Shown here: one piece after another, positions 9,530 to 16,922 of the stretch
Numbering within the stretch: the first letter of the stretch is position 1
Layout of the letters: each line of letters begins with the position of its first letter
From: an uncultured bacterium
GTDB taxonomy: Bacteria; Patescibacteriota; Gracilibacteria; UBA1369; PNNO01
Assembly: GCA_963704705.1 (NCBI GenBank)
Contig: OY969931.1
Coordinates: 1,080,001 to 1,112,000, forward strand
Length of the DNA: 32,000 nt
Direction: 5' to 3'
Program-made: the position numbers and the translations under genes
Notes under the pieces: model-generated
The model's input: the letters and a program-made list of their open reading frames with translations, nothing else
Told to the model about the DNA's origin: nothing
The model's database searches: none

Positions 9530-10486
9530 TTATAGCTTTTCTGCGACCCTCATTTTTGCGCTTCGTGCCCGTGGATTTTCTTCTATCTCTTTATAATCGG
9601 GTACTATCGGTTTTTTAGTTAGTATTTTGACCTGCGGTGTGTGTTTGCACTTACAGATCGGTATTTCGGGCGGGCATAAACATCCTTTACTTTCATTTCG
9701 TATGATGTTTTTGACTATTCTGTCTTCCAATGAGTGATACGAAATGACTATTAGTCTTCCGCCTGGTTGTAATATGTTAATTGCGTCTGTAATTGCGACT
9801 TTTAGACTTTCAAGCTCATTGTTTACTTCTATTCTTAAAGCCTGGAAGATTTGCGTTGCCGGGTGTTTTTTGCTTTTTTTGAATTTTTTGGGAAGTCGTG
9901 GTGCGTGCGCTTCAATTAATTCAGCTAATTCAGTTGTTGTTTCTATAGGAAGATTCTCTTTTATAATTCTTGCATACCTCTTGGCCATCCTTTCTTCTCC
10001 GTATTCTCTAAATATTTCAACGAGTTTTCTTTCAGGATATGTTTTTAAGACCATATCAGCTGTAAGGACCTGATTTTTATCAAACCTCATGTCTAGAGGT
10101 CCTTTTTTAATGAATGAGAATCCTCTTTCAGCTTCATCAACCTGAGGCGATGACAGACCAAGATCAAAGAAAATCAATTTTACTTTATTAATTTCTCTTT
10201 CTTCGACTTCTTCTTTTAAATGAGCAAAGTTCTTATTTATAAGGAAAATTTTGTTTTTATTTTTGATATCATTAAGGCGCTTACTTGCTATTTCGAGATT
10301 CTTTTTATCCAGTTCAAACGCTACTAAAGTTCCATTTGGTCCTATCTTTTTAAGAAAAAGTTCGCTGTGTCCTCCAAGTCCAAGTGTGCAATCTATTATA
10401 GTGTCTCCTTTTTGTGTTGTAATGTACTTTTCAACAGTAGTGCTAAGTACAGGAGTATGACCATAATTCGTTTGTTTAAGCGACAT
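9530..10486 (-). CDS. rsmH: 16S rRNA (cytosine1402-N4)-methyltransferase
   Basis: RsmH/MraW motifs HTPVL, DCTLGLGGHS, FDLGLSSPQVD and ISYHSLEDRIVK. The track start at 10516 is a TTG; the ATG at 10486 (MSLKQTNYGHTPVL) gives a canonical N-terminus. Confidence 0.93.
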   Translation of the reverse strand: MSLKQTNYGHTPVLSTTVEKYITTQKGDTIIDCTLGLGGHSELFLKKIGPNGTLVAFELDKKNLEIASKRLNDIKNKNKIFLINKNFAHLKEEVEEREINKVKLIFFDLGLSSPQVDEAERGFSFIKKGPLDMRFDKNQVLTADMVLKTYPERKLVEIFREYGEERMAKRYARIIKENLPIETTTELAELIEAHAPRLPKKFKKSKKHPATQIFQALRIEVNNELESLKVAITDAINILQPGGRLIVISYHSLEDRIVKNIIRNESKGCLCPPEIPICKCKHTPQVKILTKKPIVPDYKEIEENPRARSAKMRVAEKL

Positions 10487-10810
10487 TCTCTTATTATTAC
10501 CTCTTTTGATGTTCAAAACTTGTGCACAATATGTGTATAACTTTTTTGAACGTCTAAATACGGCTTTAATTTAAGGTTTTAAAGGATTATTGTCAATAAA
10601 ATCATAATTTTTAGTATAAAATTTGTACTCCCAACGTGCATCCAACACTCGAAACAGCCTACAAATAAGCCAAGTTGCCCAAAATTACAATTCTATTGAA
10701 CAATTGACACATTATTGTATAACAAATGTATACATTAAATATACTTGGCAATTGTATTCCCCTGTGGTACAACAATAAGTAGAATCAAATATTAAATAAG
10801 TACAAAACTT

Positions 10811-11272
10811 TTGAACATACCTCCGGAATTACTAGTATTTTTCTCAGCTATGCTCCCTATAACAGAACTAAGGGGATCAATTCCTTTAGGCTTTATTCTT
10901 GGCCTGCCTGCTGAAGCAACTTTTATATATGCATTAATCGGTAATATAATTCCATGTTTTTTAATACTTTGGGTACTTGAACCTATTTCAAAATTTTTAT
11001 CGCTTCATATCGCGTTTTTTGAAAAATTCTTTGATAAATTATATAAAAGAACCCATGACAAACATAAGGATGCCATTGAAAAATACGGCCCAATATTCCT
11101 TATTGTATTTGTTGCGATCCCCTTGCCTGGCAGCGGAGCCTGGACCGGCAGTTTAATTGCCTTTTTATTTGGAATAAAATATTGGAAAGCTGTAAGTTAC
11201 ATAAGCCTTGGGTTAATTATTGCTGCTTCGCTAATTACACTTGGAATAACGGGGGCGATAAGCTTGTTTTAG
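10811..11272 (+). CDS. Small membrane protein, 'putative small multidrug export' family (PF06695-like)
   Basis: 153-aa polytopic membrane protein with the family-typical N-terminal ITELRGSIPLG motif. The start is uncertain: TTG at 10811, or ATG at 10850 (MLPITELRG). Confidence 0.65.
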   Translation: MNIPPELLVFFSAMLPITELRGSIPLGFILGLPAEATFIYALIGNIIPCFLILWVLEPISKFLSLHIAFFEKFFDKLYKRTHDKHKDAIEKYGPIFLIVFVAIPLPGSGAWTGSLIAFLFGIKYWKAVSYISLGLIIAASLITLGITGAISLF

Positions 11273-12086
11273 CCATTTTATATTTCCGAAACTTTCTATC
11301 TATAATAGATTCAGATTGATGAGCTAGCTCATGATGGGGCCTACACAAAGGCTCAAGTTCGTCATGTTTGCGAAAAATCGACCAGGGTTTGGAATGATGG
11401 ATTTCTTCTGCCGGCCTATTACAGCCTGGCACAGAACATTTACCATTAGTTACGGTTAATGCATCACGGCGTTCCTTAGCCGAAGCTTGCCGGGATTCTG
11501 AATTTGATAATTTTGGATTTTTTTGTGGTTTTGGTAACGGAAGGTCAACCAATTTAGTAAAAACATCATTCCAGGTAGCACCATTACCCATTTTTTGCTT
11601 GATGATTTTAAGCTTAAGAATGATGTCCGGATCTAATTTTGCAGTAAAATCCTGAAATTCCTTGTCATAAATTGGATTTTCTGGTTCAATCAGCTTTCTA
11701 TGCCCGGGCATGGAATTTTTTATATCACTAATATGTGTTTCTAATGCTGTTTTTGACATTTTTTGAACTTTGGCTACCCACTGCTTTTCAGTTTTTTTAT
11801 TTGCAATATCCGCAACTCTTCTTAATTTGCTTAATCCTACTTCTGGCATAAGGGCTCTTAGTTTTGGCAATTCTTTTAATTTTTCATCAACCCTGATAGC
11901 TTCTTCAACTACAGCCCCGCTGATTCCTCCAACTTTTGCAGCGCATTCATAGATTGAAGCAAATCCTTTTTTCTTATAGATATTGTTTTTATAAATTCTC
12001 GGAATCATTGCCACAAATTCCTTCCTCTTAATTAAAATAATTTTGCCAATATTTCTAAATTTTTCATAATATTGATTATCATTCAT
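11235..12086 (-). CDS. HNH endonuclease-domain protein with DUF222-like helical N-terminal region
   Basis: C-terminal HNH/zinc-ribbon signature CSVPGCNRPAEEIHHSKPWSIFRKHDELEPLCRPHHELAH. Its 3' end overlaps the convergent gene by 38 nt. Confidence 0.8.
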   Translation of the reverse strand: MNDNQYYEKFRNIGKIILIKRKEFVAMIPRIYKNNIYKKKGFASIYECAAKVGGISGAVVEEAIRVDEKLKELPKLRALMPEVGLSKLRRVADIANKKTEKQWVAKVQKMSKTALETHISDIKNSMPGHRKLIEPENPIYDKEFQDFTAKLDPDIILKLKIIKQKMGNGATWNDVFTKLVDLPLPKPQKNPKLSNSESRQASAKERRDALTVTNGKCSVPGCNRPAEEIHHSKPWSIFRKHDELEPLCRPHHELAHQSESIIDRKFRKYKMAKTSLSPPLFQV

Positions 12087-12250
12087 ATTCCAATTGGTTA
12101 ATACACATTAATTATAATAAATATGGCGCTCAATTTCCAGTGTTTTGACTGGACTTTTTTACATAAATGGTGTACAAATACTCACCCATAAATCCCTGTA
12201 GTAAATCCATGCTATAATCGTTTTAATAAATAGTAACTAACCGTCAAAAT

Positions 12251-13171
12251 ATGAAAAAACTCTTCGTAGCAGCACTTATAATTGGTGCTTTTTTTGCTGC
12301 GCAAACCGCATTAGCAAGTGACGTATGCTCAAACGAGCCTCAGGAAACTGCTGATTTTTATGTAGAAAATACTCAGCCAAACTGGCTTTTAAGTATGTCT
12401 TGTGTAGATTCTGAAATATTAACAACAATGCCAACAGGCTCTGTTATGCATGTAATAGGAAAAACCGAAGGCTGGCATAAACTTGTTACTGAAGATGGTC
12501 TTATTGGATGGATGTGGGAAGATTATGTAACGCCAACAACGAAGGCTTTTAATCCAAAGAGCGAAGAACCTGAACCAGCTCCAGAACCAGCTGAATATGT
12601 TGCAATGCGCGATATCGCAGGACACAAATACGAAGACGCAATTTGGTTTGTTTATAACAACGGAATCGTTCAGGGATATGAAGATGGCTCATATAAGCCA
12701 GAACAAAAAATCAACCGAGCTGAATTCTTAAAAATTCTAGTTGAATCAACTAACTTTCAGGATGATATTGAAAGTTACGAAGGTAAAAATTGTTTCAGTG
12801 ATATAAAAGCAGATGCTTGGTATTCTAAATATGTTTGTTTTGCTAAAGATAAAATGATTGTTGAAGGATATACAGACGGCTCTTATAAACCTGCTAATGA
12901 AATTAATTTTGTTGAAGCTCTTAAAATAATTTTTATGGTTTACACTTTTGAATATGAATCAGGAGAAGAGCCATGGTATAAACCTTTTGTGGATGTTGCT
13001 TCTGAAAAGAATTTTATACCTTTAGATATTGATCATTTTGATGATAAGCTTACAAGAGGCCAAATGGCTGAAATGATAACAAGAATCATGAAATATCAGG
13101 CAAACGAACTTGATAATTATTTAGGTGCAATGGCTGATGCAAAAATCACCTATGAGATGTTGGAATCTTAG
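12251..13171 (+). CDS. Secreted SH3b + S-layer-homology (SLH) repeat protein
   Basis: Signal peptide MKKLFVAALIIGAFFAAQTALA. SH3b-like segment GSVMHVIGKTEGWHKLVTEDGLIGWMWEDYV. SLH-type repeats (IVQGYEDGSYKPEQKINRAEFLKILV; IVEGYTDGSYKPANEINFVEALKII; LTRGQMAEMITRI). Confidence 0.75.
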   Translation: MKKLFVAALIIGAFFAAQTALASDVCSNEPQETADFYVENTQPNWLLSMSCVDSEILTTMPTGSVMHVIGKTEGWHKLVTEDGLIGWMWEDYVTPTTKAFNPKSEEPEPAPEPAEYVAMRDIAGHKYEDAIWFVYNNGIVQGYEDGSYKPEQKINRAEFLKILVESTNFQDDIESYEGKNCFSDIKADAWYSKYVCFAKDKMIVEGYTDGSYKPANEINFVEALKIIFMVYTFEYESGEEPWYKPFVDVASEKNFIPLDIDHFDDKLTRGQMAEMITRIMKYQANELDNYLGAMADAKITYEMLES

Positions 13172-14264
13172 AAAGCGCCCCCTGCCCTGCCAACCTTCCT
13201 GTTGCCCAGGCAATTTGAAGGTTAAACCCCCCTGTTAAACCATCTACATTCAAAACTTCGCCTGCAAAATAAATACGCGGGTCAAGTTTTGATTGCATGG
13301 TTTTAGGATCAACTTCATTTGTATCAACGCCGCCGGCAGTTACAATTTCACGGCCTGGGGTTCTGCCTTTTATTGTAAATTGATGTTTTTTTAAGTGAAG
13401 GATCTTTTGCTGTATCTGCTGTTTACTTAATTCACTAATATTCATATTCGGAGCAAAAAGTTCAGCCAGTGATTTAGGAATATATTTTTGAAAAATTTTA
13501 ACAAGCTTTTCCTTGGGATTATTCTGAATTTCAGTTCGAATTTGATCTTCATTGATATCAGGGATGAAATCTATACTCAGTATTTTGTTTTCAATATCTT
13601 CGAAAGCGGTAAATGCAGAAATCGCAAATATAGCGGGACCAGTTAAACCTTTATGAGTAAACAAAATAGGACCGGTAAAATTATAATCCAAAAAAGTAAG
13701 CTTTGCTTTTTGAATTGAAACCCCGCTCAAATCAGGAACATCTGCAATAAATGAAGTTAATGTTGGAGCGAGCCTGGTTATTTTATGACCAACTGATTCC
13801 GCAAGATTATAACCACTTTTACCTCCTGTTGTTATTATTATTTTATCTGCATCTAAATCATTCAAATCATTAACTTCTGTATTAAAATGAATCTTTGCAG
13901 ACTCAAATATTTTAATAAACATATCAATAATCTGCTCCCCATCTTCAGATTCAGGAAAAACCCTCTTACCTTCTGCCTTAAGCTTAATCCCGTGATCTTC
14001 AAACCACTTATAAGTTTGCTCGGGCCCAAATTCATACATCGCATATTTAAGCCATTTTGAGCCTCTAGGATAATTCTGAGTCAAATCACGTATATTTGTG
14101 ATTGTTGTAGTTATGTTGCACCTTCCTCCTCCGGTCTTCACAAATTTTTGACCCAATTTTGAATTTTTTTCATAAATTGTAATTTCAACCGAAGGATTGG
14201 TTTCTGCGATTGTTGCCGCAGCCATCATTCCTGCCGGCCCTCCACCAATAATTGATATTTTCAT
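13146..14264 (-). CDS. NAD(P)/FAD-dependent oxidoreductase, HI0933/BaiN family flavoprotein
   Basis: N-terminal dinucleotide-binding motif ISIIGGGPAGMMAA, family motif TGGGRCNIT and C-terminal FAGEVLNVDGLTGGFNLQIAWATG. Confidence 0.8.
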   Translation of the reverse strand: MKISIIGGGPAGMMAAATIAETNPSVEITIYEKNSKLGQKFVKTGGGRCNITTTITNIRDLTQNYPRGSKWLKYAMYEFGPEQTYKWFEDHGIKLKAEGKRVFPESEDGEQIIDMFIKIFESAKIHFNTEVNDLNDLDADKIIITTGGKSGYNLAESVGHKITRLAPTLTSFIADVPDLSGVSIQKAKLTFLDYNFTGPILFTHKGLTGPAIFAISAFTAFEDIENKILSIDFIPDINEDQIRTEIQNNPKEKLVKIFQKYIPKSLAELFAPNMNISELSKQQIQQKILHLKKHQFTIKGRTPGREIVTAGGVDTNEVDPKTMQSKLDPRIYFAGEVLNVDGLTGGFNLQIAWATGRLAGQGALSKIPTSHR

Positions 14265-14300
14265 AAATTGATTATATATGAAAAGTTAGAAAGTTGGGAC

Positions 14301-14328
14301 TTGACAAATTTAAATAAGTTTGTATAAT
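14301..14328 (+). promoter_or_regulatory. Perfect-consensus sigma-70 promoter driving GC-rich island 1
   Basis: TTGACA (14301-14306), a 16-nt spacer and TATAAT (14323-14328). Predicted transcription start is near 14335, just before GC content jumps. Confidence 0.6.
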
Positions 14329-14334
14329 AAAAGC

Positions 14335-14700
14335 ATCTTTCGTCAGCGGCGCTCATAGTCTTGAGCTGCCCCTGGCGCGTTTACGATCGATGATCCTTAC
14401 AACGCGGCAACCAGCCGCACAACAACCAATCAGAAAGGACGGCGCACAAAAATGGGTCCGTGACACTCAAAAACTTTATGTTGGAGAACCCCTGGCATCA
14501 ACCCCAAACCAAGGAAGGGCCATCACCATGAGCTACTTCAGCTCCAAGTGTCGCAAACGCTAGTGCGGACGCCGATCTACGCCCGGATCGAATCGCGGCC
14601 CGCGGACAAGACGACAAGTCCGACGTCGCGGTAGATCGCAGGGCAGCAGGATGATCGATGGCCGTCCCCCCGAATTTGCTCGGGGGGACGGCCAAACTTT
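14335..14700 (+). ncRNA. Candidate structured non-coding RNA of unknown class (GC-rich island 1)
   Basis: About 58% GC (209/360 hand-counted for 14341-14700) against an AT-rich background. No plus-strand ORF of 60 aa or more. Bounded by a consensus promoter and a 14-bp hairpin terminator. Several complementary segments can be paired by eye, for example 14365-71/14641-47, 14573-80/14631-38, 14603-07/14618-22 and 14376-81/14401-06. I saw no RNase P, tmRNA or SRP hallmark motifs. Confidence 0.55.
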
Positions 14701-14709
14701 TTAAATTTT
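14660..14709 (+). terminator. Strong G/C hairpin terminator closing island 1; abuts the stop codon of convergent tsaC
   Basis: 14-bp perfect stem 14660-14673 / 14680-14693 (ggccgtccccccga / tcggggggacggcc) with loop atttgc, followed by AAACTTTTTAAATTTT. The T-tract is offset by 4 nt, so this is not a textbook terminator. Confidence 0.6.
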
Positions 14710-15309
14710 AAAATCCCCCCTTAAAACCACTCCTTCCACGCAGTCATAAACTGCACTTGGTTCATTAACGCCTATAAATCCCCCGTCAATAACCAAATCG
14801 GGTTCTACAGTAATATCTTCGCTTTTTAATTGTGTAAAAAAATCTTCAATTGCATAGTTTTCAGATCTGCCTGAAACATTTGCTGAAGTTGTTGTAAACG
14901 GATGCCCCAACTTTTTCGCGATATTAACAAGGCTTTCATAAGCCGGATTTCGAAGACCTACTTTTTCAATACATTTATTGAAAAAAGGAGGTAAAGTATG
15001 AAGTCGATTCACAATAAAGGTGTAAGGTCCCGGCCAAAATCTTCCCATTAATTCTTCTGCACGGCTATTAACTTCTCCCCAGTGCCGCGCATCTTCCAAA
15101 TCACTAACAACAATACTAACAGGTTTAAATTGATTCATTTGTTTAAACCTATAAAGTTTTGTGAGTGCGTCTTCATTAAAAATATCAACTGCCAAGCCAT
15201 AGCAGGTTTCTGTCGGATGAACAACCAATCCTCCCTGATTTAAAGTGCGGACAAATTCCTCTTCAACTGTACTTCCCCATTTATCTCCCTTAACTGTCAA
15301 CCTTTTCAT
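14701..15309 (-). CDS. tsaC: L-threonylcarbamoyladenylate synthase (YrdC/TsaC type, t6A biosynthesis)
   Basis: 202 aa, consisting of a YrdC domain only. Motifs VHPTETCYGLA, KPVSIVV, GPYTFIV and TTTSANVSG. Confidence 0.85.
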   Translation of the reverse strand: MKRLTVKGDKWGSTVEEEFVRTLNQGGLVVHPTETCYGLAVDIFNEDALTKLYRFKQMNQFKPVSIVVSDLEDARHWGEVNSRAEELMGRFWPGPYTFIVNRLHTLPPFFNKCIEKVGLRNPAYESLVNIAKKLGHPFTTTSANVSGRSENYAIEDFFTQLKSEDITVEPDLVIDGGFIGVNEPSAVYDCVEGVVLRGDFKI

Positions 15310-15380
15310 AATGATTTGTTATTGACCTCGACCATTCTACTGCGCTATTACTATCCACGCAATCTAACAAATTTTTTATC

Positions 15381-16385
15381 ATGAAACCAAAAGTTTTTAT
15401 AAACGGCTTCGGAAGAATCGGTCGTCTGGTTTTTCGTATAAACCATTTACGCGACAAACTGGATATCGTAGGCATTAATGATCCAAATCCAATTGAAATG
15501 CTTGTACATTTATTAAAGTATGATTCTTCTTATGGACATTTTGACGGCAAAATCGAAATTGTGAATGACAATGAAATGAAAGTAGACGGAAAATCAATAA
15601 AAGTTTATCACACACGCGAACCTCTTGAATTGGAACATGGTGACAATGGCATTGATATAGCAATTGAAGCTACAGGCGCATTCAGAGATCGCGAAGGCGC
15701 AAGCAAGCATCTTCAGGCAGGTGCAAAAAAAGTTTTAATTACAGCTCCGGGTAAAGGTATTGATAGAACTTTAGTGATGGGTGTAAATGAAGGCGATCTA
15801 CATGCTGAAAAAGATCAGATTATTTCAAATGCAAGTTGTACAACAAACTGTATTGCTCCGGTTATTAAAGTTTTGAATGAATCACTTGGAATTGAAAAAG
15901 GATTATTAACTACAATTCATGCAGTTACAACTTCACAAAATATTCTTGATGCTTCAAGCAAAGATTACAGAAGAGCTCGCAGCGCTATTAGCTCAATGAT
16001 TCCAACAACTACCGGAGCTGCTGTTGCGGTTGCTCTTGTTTATCCTGAAATGGAAGGAAAATTAAATGGAATGGCAATCCGCGTACCATTACCTACTGTT
16101 TCGTTGGTGGACTTTGTATTCAACGCAAAAAAAGAGGCTTCAGTTGAAGAAATAAATAAAATTTTAAAAGATGCTGCTGATGGCGGACTTAAAGGAATTT
16201 TAGGATTCAGCAATGAGCCTTTAGTAAGTGTTGATTACAAAGGAACTCACTTTAGCTCGGTTATCGACGGCCTTTCAACTATGGTTGTGGGAGATTTAAT
16301 AAAAGTAATCGCCTGGTACGACAATGAATGGGGCTACAGCGAAAGAACCGTTGATATGGCTGCTTATATTGGAAGCAAGATGTAG
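15381..16385 (+). CDS. gap: Type I glyceraldehyde-3-phosphate dehydrogenase
   Basis: INGFGRIGR NAD-binding motif, active site SNASCTTNC and C-terminal WYDNEWGYS in a 334-aa protein. Confidence 0.95.
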   Translation: MKPKVFINGFGRIGRLVFRINHLRDKLDIVGINDPNPIEMLVHLLKYDSSYGHFDGKIEIVNDNEMKVDGKSIKVYHTREPLELEHGDNGIDIAIEATGAFRDREGASKHLQAGAKKVLITAPGKGIDRTLVMGVNEGDLHAEKDQIISNASCTTNCIAPVIKVLNESLGIEKGLLTTIHAVTTSQNILDASSKDYRRARSAISSMIPTTTGAAVAVALVYPEMEGKLNGMAIRVPLPTVSLVDFVFNAKKEASVEEINKILKDAADGGLKGILGFSNEPLVSVDYKGTHFSSVIDGLSTMVVGDLIKVIAWYDNEWGYSERTVDMAAYIGSKM

Positions 16386-16386
16386 T

Positions 16387-16414
16387 TTGACATCATAAAA
16401 ATTTCGTTTATAAT
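16387..16414 (+). promoter_or_regulatory. Perfect-consensus sigma-70 promoter driving GC-rich island 2
   Basis: TTGACA (16387-16392), a 16-nt spacer and TATAAT (16409-16414). It begins 2 nt after the gap stop codon and has the same hexamers and spacing as the island 1 promoter. Confidence 0.6.
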
Positions 16415-16415
16415 T

Positions 16416-16495
16416 CCAGCAGATTCAATCAAAACATTGAAGCTATCTTTTGATATGCTGGATTGACCTTTGAAAGGTGAAAAGGAGGTATTCGG
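16416..16495 (+). promoter_or_regulatory. Structured 5' leader with hairpin and canonical Shine-Dalgarno sequence
   Basis: Hairpin built from ccagca/tgctgg (16416-21 / 16456-61) plus atcaaaa/ttttgat (16428-34 / 16448-54). AAGGAGG lies at 16482-16488, 7 nt before the ATG at 16496. CCTTT (16467-71) could pair with the AAAGG of the SD (16481-85). Confidence 0.45.
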
Positions 16496-16897
16496 ATGGA
16501 TGCATCGCTGTTAAACAACTTCTCAATGCCCTTAAATTGGTACGCTGAGATCAAGGAGGCTCTCGGCGCCACATTCGAACCCGCAGCTCACTTCCTGGGC
16601 CGCATGATGCCCTTTGGGCCAATCAAGGCCTCGGCAATGCAAGCCATGGGCGTGATCGCCTGGCTCAACTTTCGGGGTCTCACCGTAGAAAACCTCTACG
16701 ATGAACCCAAGTACTTCCAGGAGCTACGCGTCACCATGTGGGTATACGCAATCGGGAACTTCTCGAACGATCCCGAGTCGAGCCAAAAGCTCATCAACCT
16801 GGCCGCGGCCAGCGAGCACATCCTCAAGGGAGTCAAGGACAAGGTCCCGTGGGAAGCCATCGAGCAAAGTCTGAAGGACTTGGCTGTTGCCGCATGA
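16496..16897 (+). CDS. Orphan 133-aa protein of foreign (high-GC) composition, no recognisable family (GC-rich island 2)
   Basis: About 56% GC (234/420 hand-counted for 16501-16920) with strong G/C preference at third codon positions in this frame only (ctc ggc gcc ttc ccc cac ctg ggc ...). Strong SD, own promoter and own terminator. No TM segment, signal peptide, Cys or motif I can recognise. Confidence 0.75.
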   Translation: MDASLLNNFSMPLNWYAEIKEALGATFEPAAHFLGRMMPFGPIKASAMQAMGVIAWLNFRGLTVENLYDEPKYFQELRVTMWVYAIGNFSNDPESSQKLINLAAASEHILKGVKDKVPWEAIEQSLKDLAVAA

Positions 16898-16922
16898 TGC
16901 CCGTCATCACCTTTTGTTCCGG

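Noticed and set aside
14478-14563. Mini-ORFs inside island 1: MLENPWHQPQTKEGPSP (14478-14531) and MSYFSSKCRKR (14528-14563). The latter is preceded by aaggaaggg 9 nt upstream.
   Set aside because: They are very short and have no hydrophobic toxin-like character, and the SD-like tract is imperfect. They cannot be distinguished from chance. I keep them only as a caveat to the non-coding call.
14498-14695. 65-aa minus-strand ORF in the track inside island 1 (MAVPPSKFGGTAIDHPAALRS...).
   Set aside because: Its 5' end lies inside the 14-bp terminator hairpin and it has no RBS or promoter context. Its Ala/Arg/Ser/Pro-rich composition is what random frames of GC-rich DNA produce. I treat it as spurious.
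14335-14700. Could GC-rich island 1 simply be the RNase P RNA, tmRNA, SRP RNA or 6S RNA gene? Structural RNAs are typically GC-richer than AT-rich genomes.
   Set aside because: I could not find the universal RNase P motifs (GGAAAGUCCGG; ACAGAAnnCGGCUUA). There is no tRNA-like acceptor/T-arm with a GGUUCGAnUCC-type loop and CCA end for tmRNA; ggatcgaatcg at 14585-95 does not form a T-arm. A 10-nt match to the E. coli ssrA tag region (gtcgcaaacg) encodes only A-N-A-stop here. The SRP domain IV motif (GGAAGCAGCC) is absent, and about 365 nt is too long for 6S RNA. The rejection is by eye only, so a covariance-model scan is still needed.
14282-14705. Possible terminal inverted repeats flanking island 1 (aaagttggg at 14290-98, against ccaaacttt at 14692-14700) as a sign of a mobile element. 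I also looked for direct repeats flanking either island.
   Set aside because: Only about 8 of 9 positions match, with an indel, in AT-rich sequence where such matches are expected by chance. The right-hand copy is partly inside or adjacent to the terminator stem. I noticed no comparable repeats around island 2, and no transposase or integrase is nearby.
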